From contig CP070724.1 of the NCBI GenBank assembly GCA_020350825.1, positions 1,013,584 through 1,077,583 on the forward strand: a stretch of DNA of 64,000 nt. The letters run 5' to 3'. The stretch is from Thermoplasmatales archaeon (GTDB lineage Archaea; Thermoplasmatota; E2; DHVEG-1). The notes beneath the pieces were generated by a model. It was not told the origin of the DNA and ran no database searches. It was given only the letters and a program-made list of their open reading frames with translations. This document shows positions 28,930 to 37,848 of this stretch, in pieces. Position 1 is the stretch's first letter. Each line of letters begins with the position of its first letter. The translations under genes and the position numbers were made by a program.

Positions 28930-29241
28930 ATGAATAAATGTCTCTTGATAATAGGAACGATCTCTCTTCTTATCTTTGGTGGATTGAGTGGGTGTATACA
29001 AAAATCTATAATTGAAGGAACAGGAGCAATAAGGTATATAGACTTAGAAGGTGGATTCTATGGAATTATTTCAGACACCAGCTTCTTTGGATTTAATTCC
29101 TTTGATCCAATAAATTTACCATTAGAGTTTCAGGAAGATGGTTTACGAGTGAAGTTCAAAGCGAGGATATTATGGAATCAGGTCAGTATTCATATGTGGG
29201 GATTAATAGTAAAAATTATTGAAATTGAACAATTAGATTAG
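28930..29241 (+). CDS. Small lipoprotein-like hypothetical protein
   Basis: Signal plus lipobox-like LSGC. IRYIDLEGGFYGI...NLPLEFQEDGLRV motif. Confidence 0.45.
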   Translation: MNKCLLIIGTISLLIFGGLSGCIQKSIIEGTGAIRYIDLEGGFYGIISDTSFFGFNSFDPINLPLEFQEDGLRVKFKARILWNQVSIHMWGLIVKIIEIEQLD

Positions 29242-29248
29242 AGATATA

Positions 29249-29356
29249 ATGTGGGAAAATCGTACATAAAGGAAAAACTTAACAGTTGCAGTTATCATCT
29301 TATTCCTAGGTATAACCTTTACATCATCTATCAATGCTAATATTGTAAAAAAATAA
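29249..29356 (+). pseudogene. Remnant of a secreted-protein N-terminus (signal peptide only, in-frame stop)
   Basis: Own translation is MWENRT*RKNLTVAVIILFLGITFTSSINANIVKK*. It parallels the N-terminus of ORF 28475 (MENRMLKKSLVIGVIFAVILVSIPTITA). Confidence 0.35.
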
Positions 29357-29479
29357 GCTCAAATACAATGAAATCAGAACCTATAATCATTGTTTTTAAA
29401 TATATAAGATGATAATAATTAATAAAGAGGTTGAATTTATATATTAAATACTGCATATAACATATTTAGTGGTAAATAT

Positions 29480-30580
29480 ATGAAGAAAGCTGTTACAATT
29501 TTCATTTTATTACTATTTCTTATACCTATAAATACATTGAGTGCTGAAAAGTTAGATAATGTTATAGAACAATGTGAACTACCACCTTATTTCAGTTGGC
29601 AGGATATCAATGGTACTGACTATACCACACCTATTAAAGATCAATCACCAGCTCCTACATGCGAGGCCTACGCCATGTGTGCCTCACTTGAAACAATAAT
29701 GCAATACCAAATGGGGGAAGTATATGAACCAGATCTTTCAGAAACACACCTTTATTTCTATGCAGGTGGGACATATGAAGCAGGATATGTAAACCTAATA
29801 GATGCAGCAAATTACCTCATAGAATATGGCGTCCCTGACGAAGGATGCTACCCTGATCCACATAGAGCATTTGATTACCCTTTTGAAAGTCTACCTGGAT
29901 GGGAAAATAGAACAGTAAAAATAACTGAATGGGGATGGGTTGACCACGACGTAGAGGCAATAAAAGAAGCATTAATCAAATATGGCCCACTCATCATATG
30001 CTTCTATGTTTACAATGATTTTTACTATTACCTAGGAGGCGTTTATAGACATCGATGGGGAGAACGCGTTGGAGGACACGTAGTAACTATCGTTGGATAT
30101 GATGATTGCAATAAATGCTGGATTGTAAAAAACAGCTGGGGAACAAAATGGGGTAGAAAAGGATGGTTTAGATTAGCATACGATGCAGACATATTTGCAG
30201 AATGGTATGGAGACGGTACGGGGGTAATGTACCTCGATGGCATATATGGAAACTTGAAACCTGATGTTCCGAAAGTAAAGGTTGAAAAACCGACATTCTA
30301 CCATACATATATATTTAATATTGGTTTTACTACGATTTATAGAAAACTACAGATTCAAGTAGCAGCGGCAAGAGTATTTGGAAATCTAAATGTAAAAGTA
30401 AATGCTGAAAACACCAACACTGTTAAATTCTACGTCGATGATGTATTGCATCATATCGATAATGAAGCACCATTTACATGGAATATGCAAGCTTCACGTG
30501 GAATCCACACTTTAGAAATAAGAGCCTCCAACGACAACAATACATCATTAGGCATAATTGATTTTTATTTATTTCCCTAA
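29480..30580 (+). CDS. Secreted papain-family cysteine peptidase (C1A-like) with C-terminal Ig-like extension
   Basis: Signal peptide. Catalytic Cys region DQSPAPTCEAYAMCASLE, His GGHVVTIVGYDD, and WIVKNSWGTKWGRKGWF. Confidence 0.8.
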   Translation: MKKAVTIFILLLFLIPINTLSAEKLDNVIEQCELPPYFSWQDINGTDYTTPIKDQSPAPTCEAYAMCASLETIMQYQMGEVYEPDLSETHLYFYAGGTYEAGYVNLIDAANYLIEYGVPDEGCYPDPHRAFDYPFESLPGWENRTVKITEWGWVDHDVEAIKEALIKYGPLIICFYVYNDFYYYLGGVYRHRWGERVGGHVVTIVGYDDCNKCWIVKNSWGTKWGRKGWFRLAYDADIFAEWYGDGTGVMYLDGIYGNLKPDVPKVKVEKPTFYHTYIFNIGFTTIYRKLQIQVAAARVFGNLNVKVNAENTNTVKFYVDDVLHHIDNEAPFTWNMQASRGIHTLEIRASNDNNTSLGIIDFYLFP

Positions 30581-30796
30581 ATATCGTTTTTATAGGAAAA
30601 GAAATCTAACTAAATATGAGATTGTATATTTGGTAAATTATTAGTCGAATTCGAAGGCTATGGTAGAGTATTGATGTTGTACTAATCAAATTGGTTATTG
30701 GAGTGTTTCCTCGCTTTAAAGATATAATATCGTAGCTATTACTTCAATACGATTATTTTATATATTTTAAAACTAATATTAAATAGTACGAGTTCG

Positions 30797-32836
30797 ATGA
30801 CATCTAGAGAAAACTTTCAATCATTTATCCCTGCGGAAAGTACTATACCTGAATTAACACTGAAAGCAGTGTTAGTTGGAGCATTGCTCGCAATTGTTTT
30901 AGGATCAGCAAATGCCTATTTTGGACTTTACGCTGGTATGACAGTATCCGCTGCTATTCCTGGTGCCGTCATGGCCTTTGCTTTACTTAGACCATTTAAG
31001 GGAACAATTCTTGAAGTAAACATTGGGATGATGGGAGCAGCAGCGGGCACTGCGCTTGCAGCAGGTGTTATCTTTACGATTCCTGCAATGTTACTTCTTG
31101 AAGCATGGACAGAAATTCACTATTTAGAAACAACAATTGTTGCAGCACTAGGAGGGATTCTTGGTGTGTTATGGATGGTATCACTCAGGCGTGCTTTGAT
31201 TATCAAAACAGATCTGCCATTTCCAGAAGGAGTCGCAGTTGCTGCAGTATTAACATCAACAGTAGGTGATAGTGATACAAAGAAAAAAGGAAATCCTGGA
31301 GTGAGTGGTATCTGGTTATTTATAGGGGCTGTGCTTGGAGCATTATTAAAATTTGGACAAGTTGGACTAAGAGCAATTGAGGGAAAACTGCATGGTGTTA
31401 TCAATATCGGAAGATTCAATATTGGCGGAGGAGATAATGATGGATTGTTTTATGGCGGTGTTGCAACCTCCCCAGCGCTTCTTGGAGTAGGTTGGATTAT
31501 TGGACCAAGAATAGCATCTTTTGTTTTTGTTGGAGGGTTGCTTGGCTGGGTGATAATTGCACCACTTATTACTCTTGCAATTGGTATTCCAACACCAATA
31601 ACTTCAGGAGAAATTACGGATGCCATGGCTATGGCAGGTGGAAACTTCGAAACCGGTAAGTACATCTGGGGTTTTTATAAAATCTGGGAAGATTACATCC
31701 GATATATTGGCGTAGGTGCCATGGTTGTTGGTGGATTATGGACGATATTCAAACTTAGACATAATCTTGCTGATGGAATTAGGGAGGCAGTTACTGGCAT
31801 AAAAAGTGGTCAAGTGCAGGCAAAAAAACGAACAGATCAAGATTTAAATTTCAAATATGTGTTTTTAATGATTGGAGTACTAACAATACCTGTGTTTTTA
31901 CTATACGTATGGATTTCAAATGAATGGTTAGTTTCAGGGGTCATGGCTGTGTTTGCTATTCTTTTTGCATTTATTGCAAGTGCGATTGCTGGATACATGG
32001 CAGGATTGGTCGGCTCATCAAATAACCCAACCTCAGGAGTTACTGTTTCAGTGTTACTTTTAACCTGTTTGATTCTCCTTGGATTTGGTGTATCTGGAAG
32101 TGTTGGTGCATATGGTATTGCACTTCTTATTGCTGCTGTTATAGCTTGTTGTGCAGCTATTTCAGGAGATGTGTTACAATCCATGACAGCTGGACAAATG
32201 ATAGGGGCAACCCCCTCCAAACAACAGTTTGCTGAATTAATTGGTATTGTTGCTGCAGCACCCGTTCTTGCATTGGTAGTATCCGCACTCCATCAAGCAT
32301 ATACAATTGGAAGTACGAATTTACCTGCTCCTCAAGCATTTCTTATGAGTGGGGTTGTTCGTGGTGTGCTTGGTGGTGAAATGGTCTGGCCGTTTGTGCT
32401 TGCTGGAATGGTGCTTGCATTTGTTCTGGTCCTCATCGATGTACCCGTACTTCCGGTAGCTATTGGTATATATCTGCCGTTTACCCTTGCGGCTCCTATT
32501 TTTTGTGGAGGAGTAATTCGTTTTATCACCGATAAAAAAATTAAGAAACATTATGGATCTGATGAAGGAGAACAAGCAAGTGAATGGGAACTTGCTATTA
32601 AACAAACAGAAGTGAAACCAAAAGAACGCATTATTCGAACAGGTCTTTTATTCACAGCAGGTCTTATTGCTGGAGAGGCATTAACTGGAGTAATTGTTGC
32701 ATTTATTATTATCGCAGGAATAAACATTGTAATGTTTGAATTCTCCCCTGCTCTTCCAGGACTCTTATTATGGTTGTTTGTTGCCCTTCTTATATTTTAT
32801 ATTCCTTTAAGAGAATTATATGGTAAAGGCAAATAA
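30797..32836 (+). CDS. OPT-family oligopeptide transporter
   Basis: 679 aa, about 16 TM, Gly/Ala-rich helices. The N-terminal region ELTLKAVLVGALLAIVLGSANAYFGLYAGMTVSA is typical of the OPT family. Confidence 0.75.
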   Translation: MTSRENFQSFIPAESTIPELTLKAVLVGALLAIVLGSANAYFGLYAGMTVSAAIPGAVMAFALLRPFKGTILEVNIGMMGAAAGTALAAGVIFTIPAMLLLEAWTEIHYLETTIVAALGGILGVLWMVSLRRALIIKTDLPFPEGVAVAAVLTSTVGDSDTKKKGNPGVSGIWLFIGAVLGALLKFGQVGLRAIEGKLHGVINIGRFNIGGGDNDGLFYGGVATSPALLGVGWIIGPRIASFVFVGGLLGWVIIAPLITLAIGIPTPITSGEITDAMAMAGGNFETGKYIWGFYKIWEDYIRYIGVGAMVVGGLWTIFKLRHNLADGIREAVTGIKSGQVQAKKRTDQDLNFKYVFLMIGVLTIPVFLLYVWISNEWLVSGVMAVFAILFAFIASAIAGYMAGLVGSSNNPTSGVTVSVLLLTCLILLGFGVSGSVGAYGIALLIAAVIACCAAISGDVLQSMTAGQMIGATPSKQQFAELIGIVAAAPVLALVVSALHQAYTIGSTNLPAPQAFLMSGVVRGVLGGEMVWPFVLAGMVLAFVLVLIDVPVLPVAIGIYLPFTLAAPIFCGGVIRFITDKKIKKHYGSDEGEQASEWELAIKQTEVKPKERIIRTGLLFTAGLIAGEALTGVIVAFIIIAGINIVMFEFSPALPGLLLWLFVALLIFYIPLRELYGKGK

Positions 32837-32991
32837 AAAAACTCGATTTAGCTTAAGTGTTATTTCGCATATTCATTTTTTTTATATTGATTATTTAAAA
32901 CCTCTGATATTTGATGCAATGTATGGTAATAATTTTTATAGATAATCTTTAAATATAATTTATTGATTAATTACTTAAGGGAGAATAATTT

Positions 32992-35193
32992 ATGGAAAAT
33001 AAAAAGATAAAAAATAACTTTGTATTAGCTATGATTTTAATATTAGTTCTTTCAACAGTATCTTCATTTTCTGTGGGTAAGGTTTTACAGCAAAAAAATT
33101 ATGATAATAATAATTTAATTAATCTTAACAGAGGTGTAACTTTTGTTTCTAAATCATCAGGACTTGAAGTTCCAGCAAAAGAAGGAGGAGATACCGAGTT
33201 GGAGCTTGCCGATATCAACAATGATGGACATTTAGATATTATCTGTGTTGGTGATCATGGTTCTCCATATATTAATAGTAATCAACATGGGATTATGGTA
33301 TGGCTAGGTGATGGAGAGGGTACATGGTCTGTTATTCAAGTTGGAAATTTCGGTTATGGCGGTATTGAAGCAGGGGATCTTAACCTGGATGGCTACCTTG
33401 ATGTAGTCTGGGGGATACATCATGATTATAGTTCCACTCCTGGTTTTGGTGATACTTTAATTGGTGCTGCTTTGGGAGATGGTACTGGCTCGAATTGGAT
33501 TCCCTGGGCAACAGGGCTTGGTACTGGAGGTGAAGATTACGGTATGTTTTCAACTGATCTTGCTGATTTTGATTGTAATGGTCTACTTGATATTATTTCT
33601 CTATCATTTGGTTGTTGCAATGGTTATCACCAGTATGAAAATCATGGAGATGGAACTTGGAGTCATACTTGGGATTTATCAGGGGGGAATGCTAGAAATA
33701 ATCTTGAAACAGGTGACTTCAACGCTGATGGATATCCTGATTTTGCTGGACTTCGTGAGAATACCTATGTTTTCCTTGGAGATGGTTCTTTTGGTTTTAC
33801 TATGAATCAAAATGGTCTTCCAGCAGGATACTATTACGGTATTGATTGTGGAGATATGAATAAAGATGGATGTGATGATTTAGTCATTGGTATTGGGTCT
33901 TCTGGAGTACGTTGTTACAAGTTTGATAAACAAAATGATGAATGGGTTTCAGTATCCAGTGGTCTACCAACCGCTGGAACCTATGAGGTACAATTTGGAG
34001 ATATTGATGGGGATAGTTTTCTTGATATTCTTGCTTATAGTGCTCCCACAGGTTATGCATATCTAGGAGATGGAAATGGGAACTGGATGCTTGATGGTAC
34101 ATTTACTATGTCTAGTCCTGGTTATTATTCTGCACTCACTGTTGATGGTGATTTTGACCATGATGGTCGCGAAGATGTTTTAATACAAGCCGAGCAGGGT
34201 AGTTGGCCCTCATATCAAAATATATTAAAGGCTTATTCTCCATGGCTTGAACCAACGGCACTTACTGCTCAAGTGTCAATCCCTCATGGGGGAGAAACGT
34301 TTAGAAGCGGGTCTATTCGTAATATTCGTTGGCTTTCTGCTGTTCCACCATCACAAGATGATGCTAATGTTGAAATTCAGGTATCTCTAGATGGCGAATC
34401 AGGTCCATGGGATACAATTGCATCTGACATTCCAAATAATGGCTGCTTTCAATGGTTAGTTGATGTAGGTGGATCTGAACATTGTAGGATTAAGATTATT
34501 GTTTCTACATCATCTGGGAATATATCTGCTATATCAGCATCTGATTTTACAATTATAGGTTTTAATGTAGACGCACATGGTCCTTATCAGGGATATATAG
34601 GTGAATCTGTGCAATTTAATGGCTCAGCAGAAAATGGAACACCTCCCTATGATTTTCTTTGGGATTTTGGAGATGGTAATACATCTGTTTTGCAGAACCC
34701 AACTCATATTTATAATGACGCTGGGAATTTTACAGTTACTTTAACTGTTACTGATGATGATGGTATAACTGTTCGTGATTCAACTTGGGCTTTTATTCGA
34801 GGAGATAACAACCCTCCAAGTTCATCAGGAATAACTGGTCCAACTAGTGGCCAAGCAGGTGTAGAATATACCTATTGTGTAATCAATGTTATAGATCCAG
34901 ATGGAGATGATATTTGGGCTAACTTTAGTTGGGGAGATGGTAGTTACAGCGGGTGGATAGGCCCCAACGCTTCTGGAGAGGACATATGTGCATCGCATGC
35001 TTGGGAAAGAGGAAATTATAAAATTAAGGTAAAACTCAAGGATGAATGGGGATTGGAAAGCGATTGGTCAGATCCATTCCCAATCACGATGCCTAAAAAC
35101 AAACTCCAAATTTTTAACTTTTCAATGCTTAGTTGGCTATTTGAACGATTTCCAAATCCATTCCCGATACTACGACATATGCTAAGATTATAA
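32992..35193 (+). CDS. Secreted FG-GAP/VCBS beta-propeller protein with PKD domain and conserved C-terminal cassette
   Basis: Signal peptide. Repeated DINNDGHLDI / DLNLDGYLDV / DFNADGYPDF / DIDGDSFLDI motifs. Classical PKD (WDFGDGNTS...HIYNDAGNFTVTLTVTDDDG). C-terminus ...MPKNKLQIFNFSMLSWLFERFPNPFPILRHMLRL. Confidence 0.85.
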   Translation: MENKKIKNNFVLAMILILVLSTVSSFSVGKVLQQKNYDNNNLINLNRGVTFVSKSSGLEVPAKEGGDTELELADINNDGHLDIICVGDHGSPYINSNQHGIMVWLGDGEGTWSVIQVGNFGYGGIEAGDLNLDGYLDVVWGIHHDYSSTPGFGDTLIGAALGDGTGSNWIPWATGLGTGGEDYGMFSTDLADFDCNGLLDIISLSFGCCNGYHQYENHGDGTWSHTWDLSGGNARNNLETGDFNADGYPDFAGLRENTYVFLGDGSFGFTMNQNGLPAGYYYGIDCGDMNKDGCDDLVIGIGSSGVRCYKFDKQNDEWVSVSSGLPTAGTYEVQFGDIDGDSFLDILAYSAPTGYAYLGDGNGNWMLDGTFTMSSPGYYSALTVDGDFDHDGREDVLIQAEQGSWPSYQNILKAYSPWLEPTALTAQVSIPHGGETFRSGSIRNIRWLSAVPPSQDDANVEIQVSLDGESGPWDTIASDIPNNGCFQWLVDVGGSEHCRIKIIVSTSSGNISAISASDFTIIGFNVDAHGPYQGYIGESVQFNGSAENGTPPYDFLWDFGDGNTSVLQNPTHIYNDAGNFTVTLTVTDDDGITVRDSTWAFIRGDNNPPSSSGITGPTSGQAGVEYTYCVINVIDPDGDDIWANFSWGDGSYSGWIGPNASGEDICASHAWERGNYKIKVKLKDEWGLESDWSDPFPITMPKNKLQIFNFSMLSWLFERFPNPFPILRHMLRL

Positions 35194-35318
35194 AACAAAA
35201 CCTAATCTTCTTTTCTTTTTGTTACAGATGTTGCATTTATTTTTTACAAAAGATTTAAATCAGGCTATAATATTTAGATTTAGAATACCAGGTTTTTTAA
35301 GGGAGGTAAAAAAAAGAT

Positions 35319-36368
35319 ATGGAAAAAAGTCCAATGGAAATGGATTATTATGAACTTGATACTCTATTAGATTCATTTTTGAAAGCCGAAGATCTACCTA
35401 GTTCTGTAGAATATAGTAGTGATGCGATTAATTATCATAGGTATAGTAAATATAGGATCGTAATTAAGGCATTGTTTAGAATTATTGAAGCAGATTTGTT
35501 TTATAGAACATATATAAAAAGAAAAATTAGCTCTTTTAAAAAAGCAGGAATTTTTAAATCTTTTAGGTTGTACTTCTATATTCTCAAGATTGGATTTGCT
35601 GATTTTATAACACACTACTTTTTAACAAAAAACCCGATATTAGTTGATATACGTGGTAAATTTGATGATAAACTCCTTGCTAACTATGTGATAGCGGCGA
35701 TGTTGTATGATGCATCTTGTGATGACGTTTCGTGTAGAAAATATCTAAGAGAATTTAATGATTTTATTATGTTTAATAAAGCTATTAAATCAAGTGACGA
35801 ATATTTGACTTTATTCAAAGAATCGATAGATTATATAAAATCTGCTGTTGGTAAAAAGAGATTTGATAAGTTTATGAATTATATAAAGATAGAACACATC
35901 AGTCAACTAATGAGTATATATCAACTATCTGATAAATTGGTATCAAGAGACAATTTATTCAAAGTTACTTTAGCAAAAGGTGGGATAACTGGTTTGGCTG
36001 GTATGTATATGATACTTCCAGATCTGAATAAAAAGGAAAGAAAAGCTATTTACGAGTTTGCAGGCGTTTGTCAAATATTTGAAGATATTTATGACATTTA
36101 TGAAGATTTGGAAAATGGAATTCAAACGCTGCCAAATCAAAAATTAATAAATCTTCAAAATTTGAAACAACTCTATTTTGGAACAATAAATAACTTAATC
36201 AAGAAATGTAATCTTAATCCAAATCGTCCCAATGTAACTCTAGATATAGCCTGCTGGCTTGCTGAGCTTCTACCTGGAAGGAGATATAACAGGTTCATAG
36301 AAAGAAAATTTTCACAGATTCAAAAAAAAGAGAGTTATAGCCATGTGGAGATGAAAATAGTCCACTAA
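35319..36368 (+). CDS. Cytoplasmic all-alpha protein, distantly squalene/phytoene-synthase-like (weak)
   Basis: Three motifs lie in the order and spacing of SQS/PSY enzymes: MLYDASCDDVS (Asp-rich 1), GGITGLAGMYM, and CQIFEDIYDIYEDLENGIQTLP (compare QxxNxxRDxxED...GRxYxP). No exact signature match. Confidence 0.3.
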   Translation: MEKSPMEMDYYELDTLLDSFLKAEDLPSSVEYSSDAINYHRYSKYRIVIKALFRIIEADLFYRTYIKRKISSFKKAGIFKSFRLYFYILKIGFADFITHYFLTKNPILVDIRGKFDDKLLANYVIAAMLYDASCDDVSCRKYLREFNDFIMFNKAIKSSDEYLTLFKESIDYIKSAVGKKRFDKFMNYIKIEHISQLMSIYQLSDKLVSRDNLFKVTLAKGGITGLAGMYMILPDLNKKERKAIYEFAGVCQIFEDIYDIYEDLENGIQTLPNQKLINLQNLKQLYFGTINNLIKKCNLNPNRPNVTLDIACWLAELLPGRRYNRFIERKFSQIQKKESYSHVEMKIVH

Positions 36369-36423
36369 CACTGGGTTTGTTATATCTATTTGATGCTTTT
36401 ATTTAATACCAAACATTTAAATT
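36364..36423 (+). repeat. Duplicated junction/promoter segment, copy 1
   Basis: actaacactgggtttgttatatctatttgatgcttttatttaataccaaacatttaaat is homologous to 37751-37812. Confidence 0.75.
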
Positions 36424-36466
36424 TGCTTATCTAATTATAATTATTACAGTTATTTAATATCTGGGG

Positions 36467-37651
36467 ATGATTATGGAACGTAATAACCTCATCAAGAAAA
36501 CCTTAACAGTTGTTGTAATCCTTATATTCATTAGTGTGAGTGTTTTTCCATCAACTGGAACTTTGTTGTTAGATAAATTACCTTGGGTTACTCCTAGAGA
36601 TTATATAACCTATGTCGATGATGATCGCTTTGTAAACAGATTATTTCTCAAAGAACAAATTGATATTTTGCACCCTAAGGCATATAATTTCCATCGTAGT
36701 AATAAACTTAATGGTTTGGTTTTTTCTCCCGAAGATATTGAACTCAAAGATGATGCATTCCAGGGTTCAAATACATTCCATTTTGTAGAATGGTGGTATT
36801 TTGATGCGATGTTAAATGAGGGGTACAGCCTCCATGTGAGTATACATGTTATAGGTGTTATGGAACGGTATTTTGTTGTAGTGTATCTAGATATATACAA
36901 AAATGGGGTTCCAGAAGTTAAAGAGAAGAAAATATATTTCATGGATGAGCTCAATATTTCTACTGATGTTCCATTGATAGCAATAGATGGGAAACAAGTT
37001 ATGAAAGGGTTTATAGATCAAGCCACAGGGAAATGGATATATAATGTTTCTTTAGAGATCGGTGAGTCATTAGTTGATTTACAATTTATTGGTTGTGTGA
37101 AAGGCTGGAAAGGTAGAATTTCTATTGGAGGGTGGGCGGTGATACTACCTAAAGCAGAAGTAAGTGGTAAAATAAGAGTAAATGGTATGGATGTAAATGT
37201 TGTTGGAATTGGGTATCATGATCATAATTGGGAGATTACATTAAAAGCGTATATGAACTTTGGTTGGTATTGGGGAAGAATTATTTCTAACAACCTGACA
37301 ATAACATGGTTTTTGATAATGAACACAAGAATAAGCGGTCAACTATTACTTGTTATTAATAAGGGGAAAGAATATTATATTAATATTGAACCAGATAACA
37401 TTCATTTTAAACCTGGAGATTTTGATATAAAAAATGGAAGATTTATACCTCACAATTTTGTTATAATGGCAGATGCTCAAAATGTTTCTCTTCTCGCCGT
37501 TCTAACTTCTATTGGAACAGACCATGGTACTAGTAGTTTAATAAGGCATTATTGTCGTTATCACGTTAAAAGCCAAGGATCAATAACAGTTGATTCACAA
37601 GTGGAAACTATCAATGGGATACAAATTGCAGAATCCATGCGATTCAGATGA
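36467..37651 (+). CDS. CrtC/AttH-like (carotenoid 1,2-hydratase-type lipocalin domain) protein with N-terminal signal/anchor
   Basis: FHFVEWWYFDAML motif, GYHDHNWE, WYWGRI. Paralog of 37849..38931. Confidence 0.5.
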   Translation: MIMERNNLIKKTLTVVVILIFISVSVFPSTGTLLLDKLPWVTPRDYITYVDDDRFVNRLFLKEQIDILHPKAYNFHRSNKLNGLVFSPEDIELKDDAFQGSNTFHFVEWWYFDAMLNEGYSLHVSIHVIGVMERYFVVVYLDIYKNGVPEVKEKKIYFMDELNISTDVPLIAIDGKQVMKGFIDQATGKWIYNVSLEIGESLVDLQFIGCVKGWKGRISIGGWAVILPKAEVSGKIRVNGMDVNVVGIGYHDHNWEITLKAYMNFGWYWGRIISNNLTITWFLIMNTRISGQLLLVINKGKEYYINIEPDNIHFKPGDFDIKNGRFIPHNFVIMADAQNVSLLAVLTSIGTDHGTSSLIRHYCRYHVKSQGSITVDSQVETINGIQIAESMRFR

Positions 37652-37750
37652 ATCCATTGGCATGGGGCGAATAAATGTACATAAGGCTATAAAAAATGCA
37701 AAAGCTAGTTTTAATTCTATAGAGAGTAATTATTGCAAATGAAATCAGCC

Positions 37751-37812
37751 TACTAACTCTGGGTTTGTTCTAGATGCCTCTGTTTTTATTTTATACCAAA
37801 CATTTAAATTAA
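37751..37812 (+). repeat. Duplicated junction/promoter segment, copy 2
   Basis: tactaactctgggtttgttctagatgcctctgtttttattttataccaaacatttaaat. The upstream 30 nt (agagagtaattattgcaaatgaaatcagcctactaa) mirror the 3' end of ORF 35319..36368. Confidence 0.75.
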
Positions 37813-37848
37813 ATTGAGTAATTACTATAAATATCTAGAGAGAAAAAA

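Noticed and set aside
22016-29400. Possible integrated element using tRNA-Lys as its attachment site, since small accessory-looking genes lie downstream.
   Set aside because: I found no integrase or recombinase. No direct repeat of the tRNA 3' end appears downstream. Core genes (rpl41e, tRNA-Trp) lie within the stretch.
37653-37742. Short frame reading SIGMGRINVHKAIKNAKA..., reminiscent of the C-terminal end of subtilisin-like (S8) peptidases. This could be a peptidase gene fragment.
   Set aside because: Only about 30 codons long. The 3' part of the segment is better explained as the duplicated junction carrying the end of ORF 35319..36368. The similarity is too short to distinguish from chance without a database search.
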